A DNA stretch of 63,607 nucleotides, filler included, from Candidatus Ancaeobacter aquaticus (GCA_030765405.1; 7 parts of 7 records of this genome joined end to end with filler, not necessarily neighbours in it); one strand, 5' to 3'; shown: positions 8,191 through 19,004, counted from the whole stretch's first letter. A program made the numbers and translations. Notes: generated from the letters alone by a model not told the origin.

Positions 8191-8592
8191 TTATTGATCG
8201 CCTTTAATAGTATCCGCACTATCATCAGCAAATCCTTTACTTGAGTCACTTGCACCTTTTATCATGCGTCCTGTACTATCTGCCATCCCTTTACCGGCCT
8301 TAACTGCTGTTTTACCAGCACCGACAATAACATCACCTGATGTTTGGGCAAATCCTTCAACGATTTCTCCGCTTTCTCTCAAAGCACCTTTTGTTACTCT
8401 ACCTGTTGTGCTCCCTGCATCTCTTGTAGTTTGACCTGCTTCCCCAAGCTCTTGATTCAACTTAGCTTCATCATAACCGACCTTTTTATCTTGTGTAGTA
8501 TCTGAGCTACATGAACTGCTTCCTGCAAAAACAAGTGATGCACAGACAAAGACTGAAACCACTGCAACAAAAACTGATAATAGCACCTTCAT
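8191..8592 (-). CDS. Secreted protein with Gly/Ala/Thr-rich amphipathic repeats
   Basis: Signal peptide ending VFA; LRESGEIVEGFAQTSGDVIVGAGKT matches LREFGIVVEGVGRTTGEVLVGAGKT of the neighbour. Confidence 0.8.
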   Translation of the reverse strand: MKVLLSVFVAVVSVFVCASLVFAGSSSCSSDTTQDKKVGYDEAKLNQELGEAGQTTRDAGSTTGRVTKGALRESGEIVEGFAQTSGDVIVGAGKTAVKAGKGMADSTGRMIKGASDSSKGFADDSADTIKGDQ

Positions 8593-8878
8593 AACGCCTC
8601 CTCTTTAAATGTTCACAACTCTTTATTTGATAATATTATTTCTATACCCTATTAAATGTTTACTCACCTATTGTAAACATCGTCTCTCTGAGGCAGTTTC
8701 GCGTCATACCAAGGACTAAGTACTACAGCCTTCTTTACAGCGTGCCACCGGGCGAAGCATATATTTTTTCATATTCACCCTCCTTTCCGCATAGTATTAA
8801 CATATAGTCATTGATTGATTTTCGTGAAGTAATTCTAGCACAGATATCATAATTACACAACAAACTTTCACCAAACAT

Positions 8879-9991
8879 TTATTCAAGATAAAGTGGATTT
8901 GAAAAAATCCACGGCTTCTTATCCTTATATACCTCAACGCGATAATACCCCTTATACTGCGGAGTGTAATCAAGACGTACTCCATCCAATTTTCTTATCA
9001 CCTTCCCGTTACTAATTAACCTAATGTGTGAGCGCTTATTCACTTCTACAATAATTTTGTCGCCTTTCATTAGTTTCAAAATACTTCCTACCGGAAACTC
9101 CTTTTCTCCCCTCTTTAGATAAAACAAAAACCCTTCAGGAAAACCAAACAAATCAAATGAAATATAAAAACAACCTTTGCGGAATGCCTCTATAATACTT
9201 TTCTTATCAAAAGACGGGACATTAACATGACAGCTAACTGTTCTTAACATGATATCGTATGAGTCAAACTCAAAACCCGGCAACCCATGTCTTTCATGCG
9301 CGTCGGTGCTGCCAATCGCAATTGTTTTTCTTTCCTTAAGCAGTTCATCCCATTTTTGTATTGCCTCTGGCGAGACCTTAGCAGTTGATCTAAAAAAATC
9401 GTCCGGTGAATGAATAATGCTTTTTATTCCAAGCCAAATAGGATTTTCTTTAATAATATTTGCCTGAGTATTATAGAGCTCTATACCGTTAAATCCGGTA
9501 ACATCCCAGTCCTTCCATGAATACTCACGCGCAAAAGGGTGTGCAACACATACTAACCCATTTTGTTTTTTTACCTCGTTTATTATCTCACGTGGACTAC
9601 GCGACACGATGGGCTTTTCAATCCCCCACACAAGCAAATGTCCCACAGGTGTCGTGACTTCTTCTCCTATAAGAACAAGCACATCCCCATAAAACCCTTC
9701 CTTCCCGTCTTCCAGAGTCTTCAACGTATCGTGGTCTGTAATCAGTATAAAATCAAGACCCGCTTTTCGCGCACTACTAACGATATCATCTATGCTATTA
9801 GGGTTTTGAGGATATTTGGAATGAATATGAAGAGCACCTTTAAGCTCATATAAACCGGCATATGGCATATGTTTCGTTTTTAAGCGTTCGGTTTTTTTAC
9901 TCAGTATTTTAAGCGTGCTGCAGCCACTGACACATATGCATACAAGAACGACAAAAACCCATATATTTTTTGTTACACGATACATTCGCAT
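8879..9991 (-). CDS. PHP-domain metallohydrolase lipoprotein (CehA/McbA-like)
   Basis: Lipobox VSGC; LHIHS, ITDHD, VAHP, GSTDAH motifs. Confidence 0.85.
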   Translation of the reverse strand: MRMYRVTKNIWVFVVLVCICVSGCSTLKILSKKTERLKTKHMPYAGLYELKGALHIHSKYPQNPNSIDDIVSSARKAGLDFILITDHDTLKTLEDGKEGFYGDVLVLIGEEVTTPVGHLLVWGIEKPIVSRSPREIINEVKKQNGLVCVAHPFAREYSWKDWDVTGFNGIELYNTQANIIKENPIWLGIKSIIHSPDDFFRSTAKVSPEAIQKWDELLKERKTIAIGSTDAHERHGLPGFEFDSYDIMLRTVSCHVNVPSFDKKSIIEAFRKGCFYISFDLFGFPEGFLFYLKRGEKEFPVGSILKLMKGDKIIVEVNKRSHIRLISNGKVIRKLDGVRLDYTPQYKGYYRVEVYKDKKPWIFSNPLYLE

Positions 9992-10009
9992 ATCAAGCTT
10001 CTCTCTATG

Positions 10010-10537
10010 CTAAAACGTGTTATATGAAATAATTTCATTACAGCTTTTGCGCCGGTCAAGGTCCGTTTTGAAAACAGTTTCATCAACCGGATACCCTACA
10101 GTCATCATAGATACAATTTTTACATTGTCCGGCGCACGCACAATACTTTTTACCTCTTGTTCGTTAAATGCGCCAATCCAGCAACTTCCCAACCCTTCAC
10201 TACGGGCGGCAATACTCATATGATCAAGAGCAATCGCAATATCAACATCAATGCTATTGCCGTCCCCTCCCATATTTTTATACGCAAGCTCTGGATACCC
10301 GCAGCCAACGACAATCACCGCTGCTTTCCCTATCCATTCTTTTCCTTTACAGGCATAAACAATCCGGTCTTTTACTTTTCCTTCCGTCACAAATACAAAT
10401 TTCCACGGTTGGGCATTTACCGCTGAGGGCGCAACACGTAATGATCCTATTAAACGTTTTAGCGTTTCTTCAGTTATTGGAGTATCAGCGTACTCCCGGA
10501 CACTTCTTCTCGTATAAAGCGCATCATATACATCCAT
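10010..10537 (-). CDS. Nitroreductase family protein
   Basis: RRSVREY, APSAVNAQPW, GLGSCWIGAF. Confidence 0.92.
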   Translation of the reverse strand: MDVYDALYTRRSVREYADTPITEETLKRLIGSLRVAPSAVNAQPWKFVFVTEGKVKDRIVYACKGKEWIGKAAVIVVGCGYPELAYKNMGGDGNSIDVDIAIALDHMSIAARSEGLGSCWIGAFNEQEVKSIVRAPDNVKIVSMMTVGYPVDETVFKTDLDRRKSCNEIISYNTF

Positions 10538-10552
10538 TTAAACCTCCCATGT

Positions 10553-10587
10553 TAAGCTATAAGTTATAAGCTGTAAGCTTTATGCTA
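10553..10587. repeat. Intergenic heptamer tandem repeat
   Basis: TAAGCTA TAAGTTA TAAGCTG TAAGCTT TATGCTA. Confidence 0.7.
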
Positions 10588-10637
10588 TAAAAAAATACTA
10601 TATTTAAAAACGTATAATATACCTCATTAAAACAAAA

Positions 10638-11294
10638 CTATATTTTGCAGGTCCCCGTATTTATTGGACACACATCACATCGAGGCTTGGGTTTACAAAC
10701 ATTTTTTCCAAGCATTACAATTTGGGCGTGATAATCATTATACACACGTATTCTTTTAGGGATATTATTCATAAAAAACTTTTGAATATCATCATAGGAC
10801 TCTGTTCCTTCCAGCAATCCTTTCCGAGAAAATATCCGTCTCGTATATGCATCAACAACGAATACTTTCTTTTTTCCCGCATAGAGAAGAATAGAGTCAG
10901 CAGTCTCAGGACCAATACCGTTAACATGTAAGAGCTCTTTTCTTAAGCTGTCGGTATCACGCATAAACATTCTGCCTAATTTCCCATGATAACAGGTAAA
11001 TAAATACTCTATAAAGGCTTTTATCCTTTTTGCTTTAATATTGTAATACCCGCTTGGCCGAATCAATTCAGCAAGTTTTTGTTCTGAAATATTTTTGATT
11101 TTATGCGGCGAAAGCACTTTTTTGCACGCGAGATTACAAATTGCTTTTTCAACATTGATCCATGCGGTATTTTGCGTGAGTATCGCCCCGATTATGATCT
11201 CAAATGCACTTTCACCAGGCCACCATTTTTGGTAACCGTAATGATCATATAGTTTTTGGTATATGTTCATTAATTGCTTTTCGCACAAAGTCAT
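10638..11294 (-). CDS. HhH-GPD endonuclease III-like DNA glycosylase with 4Fe-4S motif
   Basis: GAILTQNTAW, GIGPETADSILLY, VVDAYTRR, C-x6-C-x2-C-x5-C; start placed at ATG 11294. Confidence 0.88.
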   Translation of the reverse strand: MTLCEKQLMNIYQKLYDHYGYQKWWPGESAFEIIIGAILTQNTAWINVEKAICNLACKKVLSPHKIKNISEQKLAELIRPSGYYNIKAKRIKAFIEYLFTCYHGKLGRMFMRDTDSLRKELLHVNGIGPETADSILLYAGKKKVFVVDAYTRRIFSRKGLLEGTESYDDIQKFFMNNIPKRIRVYNDYHAQIVMLGKNVCKPKPRCDVCPINTGTCKI

Positions 11295-11415
11295 ATTCAT
11301 CCTCTTTTTTGTTTTACATCTTCCATTTTTACCCTTATCATCATAGAATAAAAATGAAGTTTTATCAAACTTGTTATAATAAAAACGTGCGACACAACAC
11401 ACAATGAGGGGTGCT

Positions 11416-13440
11416 ATGTTGAAATACATTTTAAGTATACTGTTACTGCTGGTTTTTGTCACTCATGCCTGTGGTATGACAAAAAAACCTGAAGGACGTA
11501 CAATGAGCAGAAAACAGCAAGAAAAACTTAAGAAAGCAAAAAAAGAACTGTACGAATACCCTAAAGCAAGCGCTGTCGTTGCAGACAAATTCTATGAACA
11601 GGGACAGTTTTTCGAAGAAGAAGGATTGTACGATGAAGCTATTGCGCAATATAAACACGCTCTTGCTTTAAAACCCCCTTTCAGCGATATGGTCCACTAC
11701 ACTTTAGGGATACTTTATTACAACCATGATCTTCTCGAACTTGCAGCAGACCACCTTTATAAATCAATTATATTAAATCCAGATAATGTTCAAACTCATT
11801 ACTGGTTTGGTCTCACACTGGCAGAGCTAAGAGAATACCGTGAAGCTATTCAAGAGTTTGAGACTGTTATCAGCATCAATCCACATTTCTACGAATGTTA
11901 TTACTGGATCGCTCTTATTTATGAAAAAACCATGACAAACAACGTCAAAGCCGTTGATTTCTATAGAAAATATCTTATGCTCGATCCACGCGGAAAAAAA
12001 GCAGACGCTGCACGTACATCGTTAGAGAACCTCGGCGCTGAACAAACAATTGCTCCTGTGAAACAACTGCCGCCACCGATAATCGATACTGCGCCCATCA
12101 GTCTCGACGAATACGAAAAAACGATTTCTCAACCATCAACCGATATAGAGGAAGAAACAGTAGAGTTAGCCCCTGTTCCGTCTCCTGCTCCAGCCATTAA
12201 AAAAGGAGAGGTCAGTATAGCTACACCTCCTATTGTGATAGGAGACAAGACGCATACCGCACAAGAAGGAGAAACGCTCCGGATCATAGCGGGATATGAT
12301 GAAATATACAATGATTCCACTAAATGGCGTACATTGCGAGATGCAAACAAAAACGTGTTAGACAACAGCTTAGATATTGAGCCGGGTACAGTTTTACGCA
12401 TTCCAAAAATTGATACCGTGGCATTAAACAAAAACGTTTCCGACCCATCAATACAGTCATATCACACAATTTCTAAAGGAGAAACATTATGGATCATTGC
12501 AGGATATGATGAGATCTATAATGACGACACAAAGTGGCCACTCCTTTATAGTGCAAATAAAGATACGCTTGAAGGTAAAAAGACAAACCTACATGAAGGA
12601 ATCGTAATCACCGTACCAAAACCAACAGAAGCGGCACTTAAAACTATTGAAAAGAAAAAGATAATAGAGAAAAAAAAGAAGACACTCTCACTGCCAGAAC
12701 CACAAAAACTATTCAAAAAGGTCACCGATGCCATTTCTTCTGCCGCTAAAGCAGTAGTCACCGCAATTCCAAAACTTACGGAAAAGAAAATGACCCTTGT
12801 TGAAAATAAAATAAAGAAAGAACCAGCGAAAATACCTACTACGACAAAAACTATTGTTCCGAAAAGCACGCCAAAACCCGTTACCCCTGTAATTTCAAAA
12901 AAGGCAGCACAGACACCAATAGTAAATACTAAAAAGAAAGAAACTTATACAATAAATGAATTTATTGAAAGCACACAAGTAAAAGAAGCCCCTTCTACAA
13001 TTAATAAGCCGATACAAAGAAAATCGATTACACCTACAAAAGCACTGAAAAAGACTCCAAAGAAAAAAACAGTAATAACAAAAAAACCCGTTCAGAAAAC
13101 GAGGATAACGCCTGCAAGAAAACCGGTAAAAAAGACCACAGAAAAGTTGCCCTCTAAGAAAATAAGAAAACCTCAAAAAGCTACACCACGTTATACTATT
13201 AAAAAGAAAACCTCATCACAATCAACGAGAACTACCTTTGTGGAAAAAACCCTTCAGGAAAAACAAAAAGTGGTGCATTCAAAACAAAGGAAAGTAAAAC
13301 CAAAAGTTAAGGCTCGCATAAAGATTAAGGCAATAACTAGTGATGATAATGGCAACACAATAAAAATAACGACATTTGGCCCTAAAGGCAAGATTAAAGA
13401 AGAAATCGTCACAGATACAAATGAATCAACAAAGAAGTAA
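11416..13440 (+). CDS. Exported TPR + tandem LysM protein with long Lys/Thr/Pro-rich tail
   Basis: Signal/lipobox-like THAC; TPR helices; two LysM-type repeats ETL(R/W)IIAGYDEIYND.TKW; basic low-complexity C-terminus. Confidence 0.85.
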   Translation: MLKYILSILLLLVFVTHACGMTKKPEGRTMSRKQQEKLKKAKKELYEYPKASAVVADKFYEQGQFFEEEGLYDEAIAQYKHALALKPPFSDMVHYTLGILYYNHDLLELAADHLYKSIILNPDNVQTHYWFGLTLAELREYREAIQEFETVISINPHFYECYYWIALIYEKTMTNNVKAVDFYRKYLMLDPRGKKADAARTSLENLGAEQTIAPVKQLPPPIIDTAPISLDEYEKTISQPSTDIEEETVELAPVPSPAPAIKKGEVSIATPPIVIGDKTHTAQEGETLRIIAGYDEIYNDSTKWRTLRDANKNVLDNSLDIEPGTVLRIPKIDTVALNKNVSDPSIQSYHTISKGETLWIIAGYDEIYNDDTKWPLLYSANKDTLEGKKTNLHEGIVITVPKPTEAALKTIEKKKIIEKKKKTLSLPEPQKLFKKVTDAISSAAKAVVTAIPKLTEKKMTLVENKIKKEPAKIPTTTKTIVPKSTPKPVTPVISKKAAQTPIVNTKKKETYTINEFIESTQVKEAPSTINKPIQRKSITPTKALKKTPKKKTVITKKPVQKTRITPARKPVKKTTEKLPSKKIRKPQKATPRYTIKKKTSSQSTRTTFVEKTLQEKQKVVHSKQRKVKPKVKARIKIKAITSDDNGNTIKITTFGPKGKIKEEIVTDTNESTKK

Positions 13441-13467
13441 CGTTTTTTATCTAACAGTAATTATAAT

Positions 13468-14109
13468 CTAACCCACTTTTCTTACGTGGATATCGTTTAA
13501 CACATCTTTATCAATGGCGATTGTAGTTTGGCCAATTTGCAAAACAAATGCCGGACGAGTTTGATGCACTTTTACTAAAGTGCCTGGAAAAAAACCGAAT
13601 GATGTTAACTTATCCATACGACTGTGATCTTTCGTAGAAATATAAACAATTTTACCCCTTTCACCGGCATTTAACTCAGGGAGGCTAACAACAATACGCT
13701 TCACTTCCATTTCAGCTCTTTTGCAACATTCACCGGGAGGAATTTCTTTCCCGTGAGGACATTGAGTAGGATGCCCTAGAAGAGTACATATTGCTTCTGC
13801 TACTTCCGGGGGAACAGTGTGCTCAAAATCACAGGCGGCTTCCTCTTGATTTTTATCGCTAATATCTAATACATCTAATAGACGTTCCGCTAACCGATGA
13901 CATCGAATGATACGTGTGGCAACTTTTTGGCCTGTATCGGTAAAGGATATTTTTCCGCCTTGAATGCGAATATATCCCTCTTGCTCAATCTTTGCCAGAT
14001 CTGCCTCTCCTAACTTATATTCTCTTATTAAATCTTCAACAAGCACTTCGCCTGAATCAGATTTACGCAATATTGTTTCAAGAATTTCTTCAATTATTTT
14101 AATGTCCAT
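13468..14109 (-). CDS. DtxR/MntR-type metal-dependent regulator fused to FeoA domain
   Basis: IRCHRLAERLL, ACDFEH, LGHPTQCPHGKEIP; C-terminal FeoA (LTSFGFFPGTLVKV). Confidence 0.88.
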   Translation of the reverse strand: MDIKIIEEILETILRKSDSGEVLVEDLIREYKLGEADLAKIEQEGYIRIQGGKISFTDTGQKVATRIIRCHRLAERLLDVLDISDKNQEEAACDFEHTVPPEVAEAICTLLGHPTQCPHGKEIPPGECCKRAEMEVKRIVVSLPELNAGERGKIVYISTKDHSRMDKLTSFGFFPGTLVKVHQTRPAFVLQIGQTTIAIDKDVLNDIHVRKVG

Positions 14110-14181
14110 ATACCCCCTCTTGCAAAATATGCAGCTACACGTTCACGTGCCGCAATGTCTCTATATAATTTCTTTCCTATC

Positions 14182-16182
14182 CTATAGGCGAATATTGAAA
14201 TAAACAAGTATAAACCGAACAATGCCGCCAACCATAATAGCATAGGGAATAATAAAACCAAGTATGGCAAATGCTCTCTTAATACCTTGTTCTTTAATAA
14301 TAACAAGCAGATTTGCAATACACGGAACAAACAGCGTAATAACGACCATGCTTACCACGATCTGCACATGTGATAGTTCGCCTGCTTTCTCCAATGACAA
14401 AAGACCTGCAGCACCATAATCTCTGCGAAAGAATCCGATAAGAAATGCTTCCGTTGCTTTAGCCGGCAAACCAAGAAAAGTAACGATTATAGGTTTTGCT
14501 AATTGTTCAATTTTTCTTAACACCCCTACCTTATCAAGAACAAATAAGATAGCAGCACCGAGCATAAAGATAGGCACCGCTTCAGTAAGATACCACTTCA
14601 CCCTGCTGGCCGTTTTCTTTAGTATATTTGATAATTTCGGCACACGCATCGGAGGTATTTCAACTATAAAATCAGACGTTTTCCCCGGAAGAATCTTTGC
14701 CGCACAATAACCGACAATAAAGAGCTGTGTCAACACAACGATAAATACGAAAACTAACGCCTTAATAGATACAGCACTGAGCATTGCCATAATAACTCCA
14801 AGCTGGGCAGAACACGGTATACCGAGCGCAAGAAGAAATGTTGCAATTATCCGTTCACGTTTTGTATCTAAGATTCTTGTTGTCAAAGTCGCCATAGTAA
14901 CACATCCTAATCCCAGAACCATAGGAAGTATCGCTTTACCGTTCAGACCGATTTTCTTAAACATCTTATTTGACATTATAGTAAGTCTTGGAAGATACCC
15001 CGAATCCTCTAAAATACCAAAGAACAGAAAAAAGAAAGCAACAATAGGAAGAACTATCGCTAAAGCATAGGTAAGCCCCATATTAATGATCCCATACCCT
15101 GTATAACCAGCCGGAGCTCCTGTATAAGTACCAATAAAAAATTCCTGCACAATCTGAAATGGAATATATCTAAGAATATAATGTGAAACAAAAGGCAATA
15201 TATTTTCATTAAACACTTTTCCCTCAAGAAAATCAACGGAGACTCCCGCACCAAGAACCCCGACAATAATATACATAAGGAAAAGAACAACAATAAGCAC
15301 GGGAATACCATACAGCGGTGACATTGCTATTTTCCCTATTGTATCTCTGAGCGCGGATTTCTTCTCTTGACGCACTTGTTCAACTTCTTTTACGATTGCA
15401 TCAACAGCTCTTTTCCGTTTCACGGTAATCACATAACTAAGCGGCTGTGAATATTTCTGCTCGGTTTCTTTAACGATCTCTTTAATTCTACCTATCAGCT
15501 CATGTTCAATACCTTTGGAAAGCAAATATTCCTCAATCGTAATATCCCCCGAAAGAGCGGACAGACCTACAAAACGTTTATCAACCCCGATATCAGGAAT
15601 AATATCTGATAGTTGCCTCAGCGCATGCTCTATCTTGTCTCCATAATCTACCCTATAATTCGAATTCTGTGCTTTGTGCACCATTTGAATTAATCGTGAT
15701 ATTCCTTTCTTTTCAATAGCGACCGTTGGGACAGTGTGGACACCCACCATTTCTTGAAGCCGCTTATGATCAATATGTACCCCTCTTTGCTCAGCCTCGT
15801 CCATCATGTTAAGCGCCAGCACAAAAGGTATCCCCATCTCAATAAGCTGGATAGTGATAAATAATCCTCGGTATATGTTTTTCGCGTCTGCAACCTGGAC
15901 AACAGCATCAGGGGTCTCTTCAAGTAAAATATCTCTGGCAACCCGTTCATCCTCAGACTTTGGTATAAGAGATATCACTCCGGGAGAATCAATAATAACA
16001 TCACGCTCTCGATCAAAGTTTGATAGTCCCTCAGTAATTTCAACTGTCGTTCCCGGATAATTAGATACCGCAACATATTTACCTGTTAACGTATTAAATA
16101 TGACGCTTTTGCCCACGTTGGGATTACCAACAAGCACAATCTTCTTTTTTTTCTTAAGATCTATTTCAATTTTTGCACTCAT
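14182..16182 (-). CDS. feoB: Ferrous iron transport protein B
   Basis: GNPNVGKS, NYPGTTVE, DSPG, LNMMD; DSGYLPR, GLGC, PCSAQ; ATG 16182 preferred. Confidence 0.95.
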   Translation of the reverse strand: MSAKIEIDLKKKKKIVLVGNPNVGKSVIFNTLTGKYVAVSNYPGTTVEITEGLSNFDRERDVIIDSPGVISLIPKSEDERVARDILLEETPDAVVQVADAKNIYRGLFITIQLIEMGIPFVLALNMMDEAEQRGVHIDHKRLQEMVGVHTVPTVAIEKKGISRLIQMVHKAQNSNYRVDYGDKIEHALRQLSDIIPDIGVDKRFVGLSALSGDITIEEYLLSKGIEHELIGRIKEIVKETEQKYSQPLSYVITVKRKRAVDAIVKEVEQVRQEKKSALRDTIGKIAMSPLYGIPVLIVVLFLMYIIVGVLGAGVSVDFLEGKVFNENILPFVSHYILRYIPFQIVQEFFIGTYTGAPAGYTGYGIINMGLTYALAIVLPIVAFFFLFFGILEDSGYLPRLTIMSNKMFKKIGLNGKAILPMVLGLGCVTMATLTTRILDTKRERIIATFLLALGIPCSAQLGVIMAMLSAVSIKALVFVFIVVLTQLFIVGYCAAKILPGKTSDFIVEIPPMRVPKLSNILKKTASRVKWYLTEAVPIFMLGAAILFVLDKVGVLRKIEQLAKPIIVTFLGLPAKATEAFLIGFFRRDYGAAGLLSLEKAGELSHVQIVVSMVVITLFVPCIANLLVIIKEQGIKRAFAILGFIIPYAIMVGGIVRFILVYFNIRL

Positions 16183-16347
16183 AATATTTATATAGCTGCC
16201 AATCAATTTTATTTTCCGCCTCATTCATGCACTTATCTCAACATAAAATAAGGGGGAATTACAGGTTTGTCATATACATTTGTGTTCTTTAATCATATAC
16301 CACAAATGCTAAAAAAAAGAAATGAAAGGATAAAAACATATATAGAT

Positions 16348-16695
16348 TTATACATTATTTATTACCCTAACAAGATCCTTTATTTTTACCGGTTTTTCTA
16401 AGTATATGTGCCCATTACATTCTTCAGCGCTCACTCCTACCCCGGTAAAATAAATAATGGGTACGCTTTTTGTCAGGATATCCTTCTCTAGTTCTTTGAC
16501 TATTTCTGGTCCAGTAAGATATGGCATTATAACATCGATCAATATAACATCTGGGACTTGCTTATTGACACATTTTTTCCATTTTCTACTGTCTGTACAT
16601 ATACGAACATGAAACTCGCCTACTGCTTCAAGATTCTTTTTGACCATTTCACATAGATCAACTTCATCATCGATTATAAGTATGTTCTTTATCAT
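16348..16695 (-). CDS. Single-domain response regulator
   Basis: ILIIDDE, PDVILIDVIMP, KP motif. Confidence 0.9.
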   Translation of the reverse strand: MIKNILIIDDEVDLCEMVKKNLEAVGEFHVRICTDSRKWKKCVNKQVPDVILIDVIMPYLTGPEIVKELEKDILTKSVPIIYFTGVGVSAEECNGHIYLEKPVKIKDLVRVINNV

Positions 16696-18980
16696 TATCG
16701 ATTCCTCTTAATAAGCGGAAATATTATTTTTACGGTAGTTCCTTTGCACGCTTCGCTTTCAATCACTAATTCACCATTATACTTGCTTACGAGCTTTTTC
16801 GATATCGGCAGACCAAGTCCTGTTCCGCTTCTATCCCTTTTTGTAGTAAAAAATGGCTCATATAGCCTCTTCATATTTTCTTTAGATATCCCTTCTCCGG
16901 TATCTCTAACTTCAATAACAAACGCATTTTTTCCTTTTATATAAACACAATTATATACTAAATATGTATGTATCCTTATTTTTCCTCCCCGTTGCATCGA
17001 ATCAGCAGCGTTAATAAAAATGTTCAAGAGTACCTGTTGTATCTGATTCTTGTCGACTTTTATCATATGGGCCCCTCGCTCATAGCGGGTAAGTACTTGT
17101 ATATTTTTAAAAGATACTCTACATCGAAATAGTGATAGTGTCCGCTCTACAAGTTCTTCAGGATTGATTCTTTGAGCTTTTAGTTCTGTCGGTCGTGCAA
17201 ACTGCAGCAAATCATGTAAAATACCGTTTGCTCGTAACGTCGCCTCTTCAGCTTTTGCAAGCGTAGCTCTCAAATCTTTATTAGATTTTGGCATTTTCAT
17301 ATCAAGATATTCGATCGCGCCTAAGATGATCCCCAGCGGATTTTTTATCTCATGAGCAATACCGGTCGAAAACCGCCCCAAAGCAGCAAGTTTCTCGGTT
17401 TGCACCAGTATGTTTTGTGTTTCTTTGAGCTGTACGTACGCCTCTTTTAATTTTTCTTCTGCTTTCTTGCGTTCAGTAATATCACGCACAATAGCAAAAA
17501 CATATTCCTTTTTTGCAATCATCACATACTTAACATTTATTTCAACCGGAAAAGATACGCCATCACTTTTTCTGTGCATACTTTCCAATACCATTTTTTT
17601 CTTTCTTCGCAAATCGCTTACGTGCTTTCTCCACATATGCATCTTATAAACAACAGCATCTATATCAATTACCCTGAGTTCTTTAAGTTTTTCAGGGGCA
17701 TACTCAAGACATCGGCATGCTTCATTGTTTACATCAAGAATCCTACTTGTTGTAGGATCGATCACATAACAGGCATCGTTCGAATTATCAACCAGATCAC
17801 GAAACAACTGCAATCGCTTTTCAACTCTCTTGCTATTGGTTATATCATTCCCCACGCATAATATGGTGGTAAATTCACCCTCAACAACATCAGCAGGCTG
17901 ATTGGTCCATGACACCCAAACACGCTCACCGTTTTTCTTTATATTCTCATTTAAGTGATTATTGTACTTTTTAGGATTATTACAAATATCTGTAATGAGC
18001 CCCGCAAGGTCTATGCCTCCTGTCTCTTTCTTGGGGACTATAGTTCCCAGAACAGATTTACCCATTATTTCCTTTGCCTTAAAGCCAAAGAATTTTTCTG
18101 AAAACTTGTTCCAGAATATAACACGGCCTTTTCTATCCATTTTGAGAATGATACTGTTTGCAGTTTCCACAAGCACATGATATCGTTCCTCGCTCTTTCT
18201 TAATGTGTTTTCAGCATTTCTTTTTTCCGTAACGTCCTCAACCATCTCAATCGCTGCAACAATTTGCCCTAGATTGTTCCGTATGGGCGTTGACACTACC
18301 CGATAATGCGTAATACTATCGCCGTCTGGTGTTGAAGAAACTGCCTCATGACGCTTTCCGTCTTTTAAGGTTTTATGTGTGGGACAATAGCTGCAAATAT
18401 GTTTTGATGGCGGTTTGTTAAAAGATTTATAGCACACAGGTTTTTTTGCCGGATCAATATCGGGAAACCACTTTTTCATTTGCTTGTTAAGAGTTAGGAT
18501 CTCCATGTCAGGACTGATAACAGCGACACCTAACCCGATGTTATCAACAACATTTCTGTATTTCTCTTCAGACTGTTTTAACTCTTCCTCTGAAGACCTT
18601 ATATTGCTTAAATCGTTAAGGGTCGTTATTATATGTGATACCTTAGATCCTGAGAAATATGGAATCTTCTCTACCTCTATAATCGTTGTTCTTTTCCCGA
18701 TAGTTAAAACGTCTTCTGAAATAATTTTCTTACCGGATGTAAACACCGTACGATATTCTTGGCGTATCTTCGGAGTAATAAAAGAAAACAGTTCGTATAG
18801 TTTTTTCCCAACAGGCTTATTTTCTCGCAGGCCATAGCCTTTGATAATTTTTATAAGGGATTTGTTGACATATACAACACGATAATTTTTATCAATAATA
18901 TAGACTGGAAAACCTATGAGATCGACTATGTTCGGGAAAGTGTTCTGTGAAAAAGAGTCTTCATTTTTCTTTTTTCCCAT
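16695..18980 (-). CDS. Multi-PAS sensor histidine kinase
   Basis: Four PAS-like segments; AHEIKNPL H-box, NAADS, DTGEGI, FFTTK, GTGLGL. Confidence 0.93.
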   Translation of the reverse strand: MGKKKNEDSFSQNTFPNIVDLIGFPVYIIDKNYRVVYVNKSLIKIIKGYGLRENKPVGKKLYELFSFITPKIRQEYRTVFTSGKKIISEDVLTIGKRTTIIEVEKIPYFSGSKVSHIITTLNDLSNIRSSEEELKQSEEKYRNVVDNIGLGVAVISPDMEILTLNKQMKKWFPDIDPAKKPVCYKSFNKPPSKHICSYCPTHKTLKDGKRHEAVSSTPDGDSITHYRVVSTPIRNNLGQIVAAIEMVEDVTEKRNAENTLRKSEERYHVLVETANSIILKMDRKGRVIFWNKFSEKFFGFKAKEIMGKSVLGTIVPKKETGGIDLAGLITDICNNPKKYNNHLNENIKKNGERVWVSWTNQPADVVEGEFTTILCVGNDITNSKRVEKRLQLFRDLVDNSNDACYVIDPTTSRILDVNNEACRCLEYAPEKLKELRVIDIDAVVYKMHMWRKHVSDLRRKKKMVLESMHRKSDGVSFPVEINVKYVMIAKKEYVFAIVRDITERKKAEEKLKEAYVQLKETQNILVQTEKLAALGRFSTGIAHEIKNPLGIILGAIEYLDMKMPKSNKDLRATLAKAEEATLRANGILHDLLQFARPTELKAQRINPEELVERTLSLFRCRVSFKNIQVLTRYERGAHMIKVDKNQIQQVLLNIFINAADSMQRGGKIRIHTYLVYNCVYIKGKNAFVIEVRDTGEGISKENMKRLYEPFFTTKRDRSGTGLGLPISKKLVSKYNGELVIESEACKGTTVKIIFPLIKRNR

Positions 18981-19004
18981 AATGACCTTTTAACTATACA
19001 TATA

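Noticed and set aside
8690..8765. GC-richer stretch upstream of the 8191-8592 gene as possible riboswitch or ribozyme
   Set aside because: No recognisable conserved core and no second copy; cmscan would be needed
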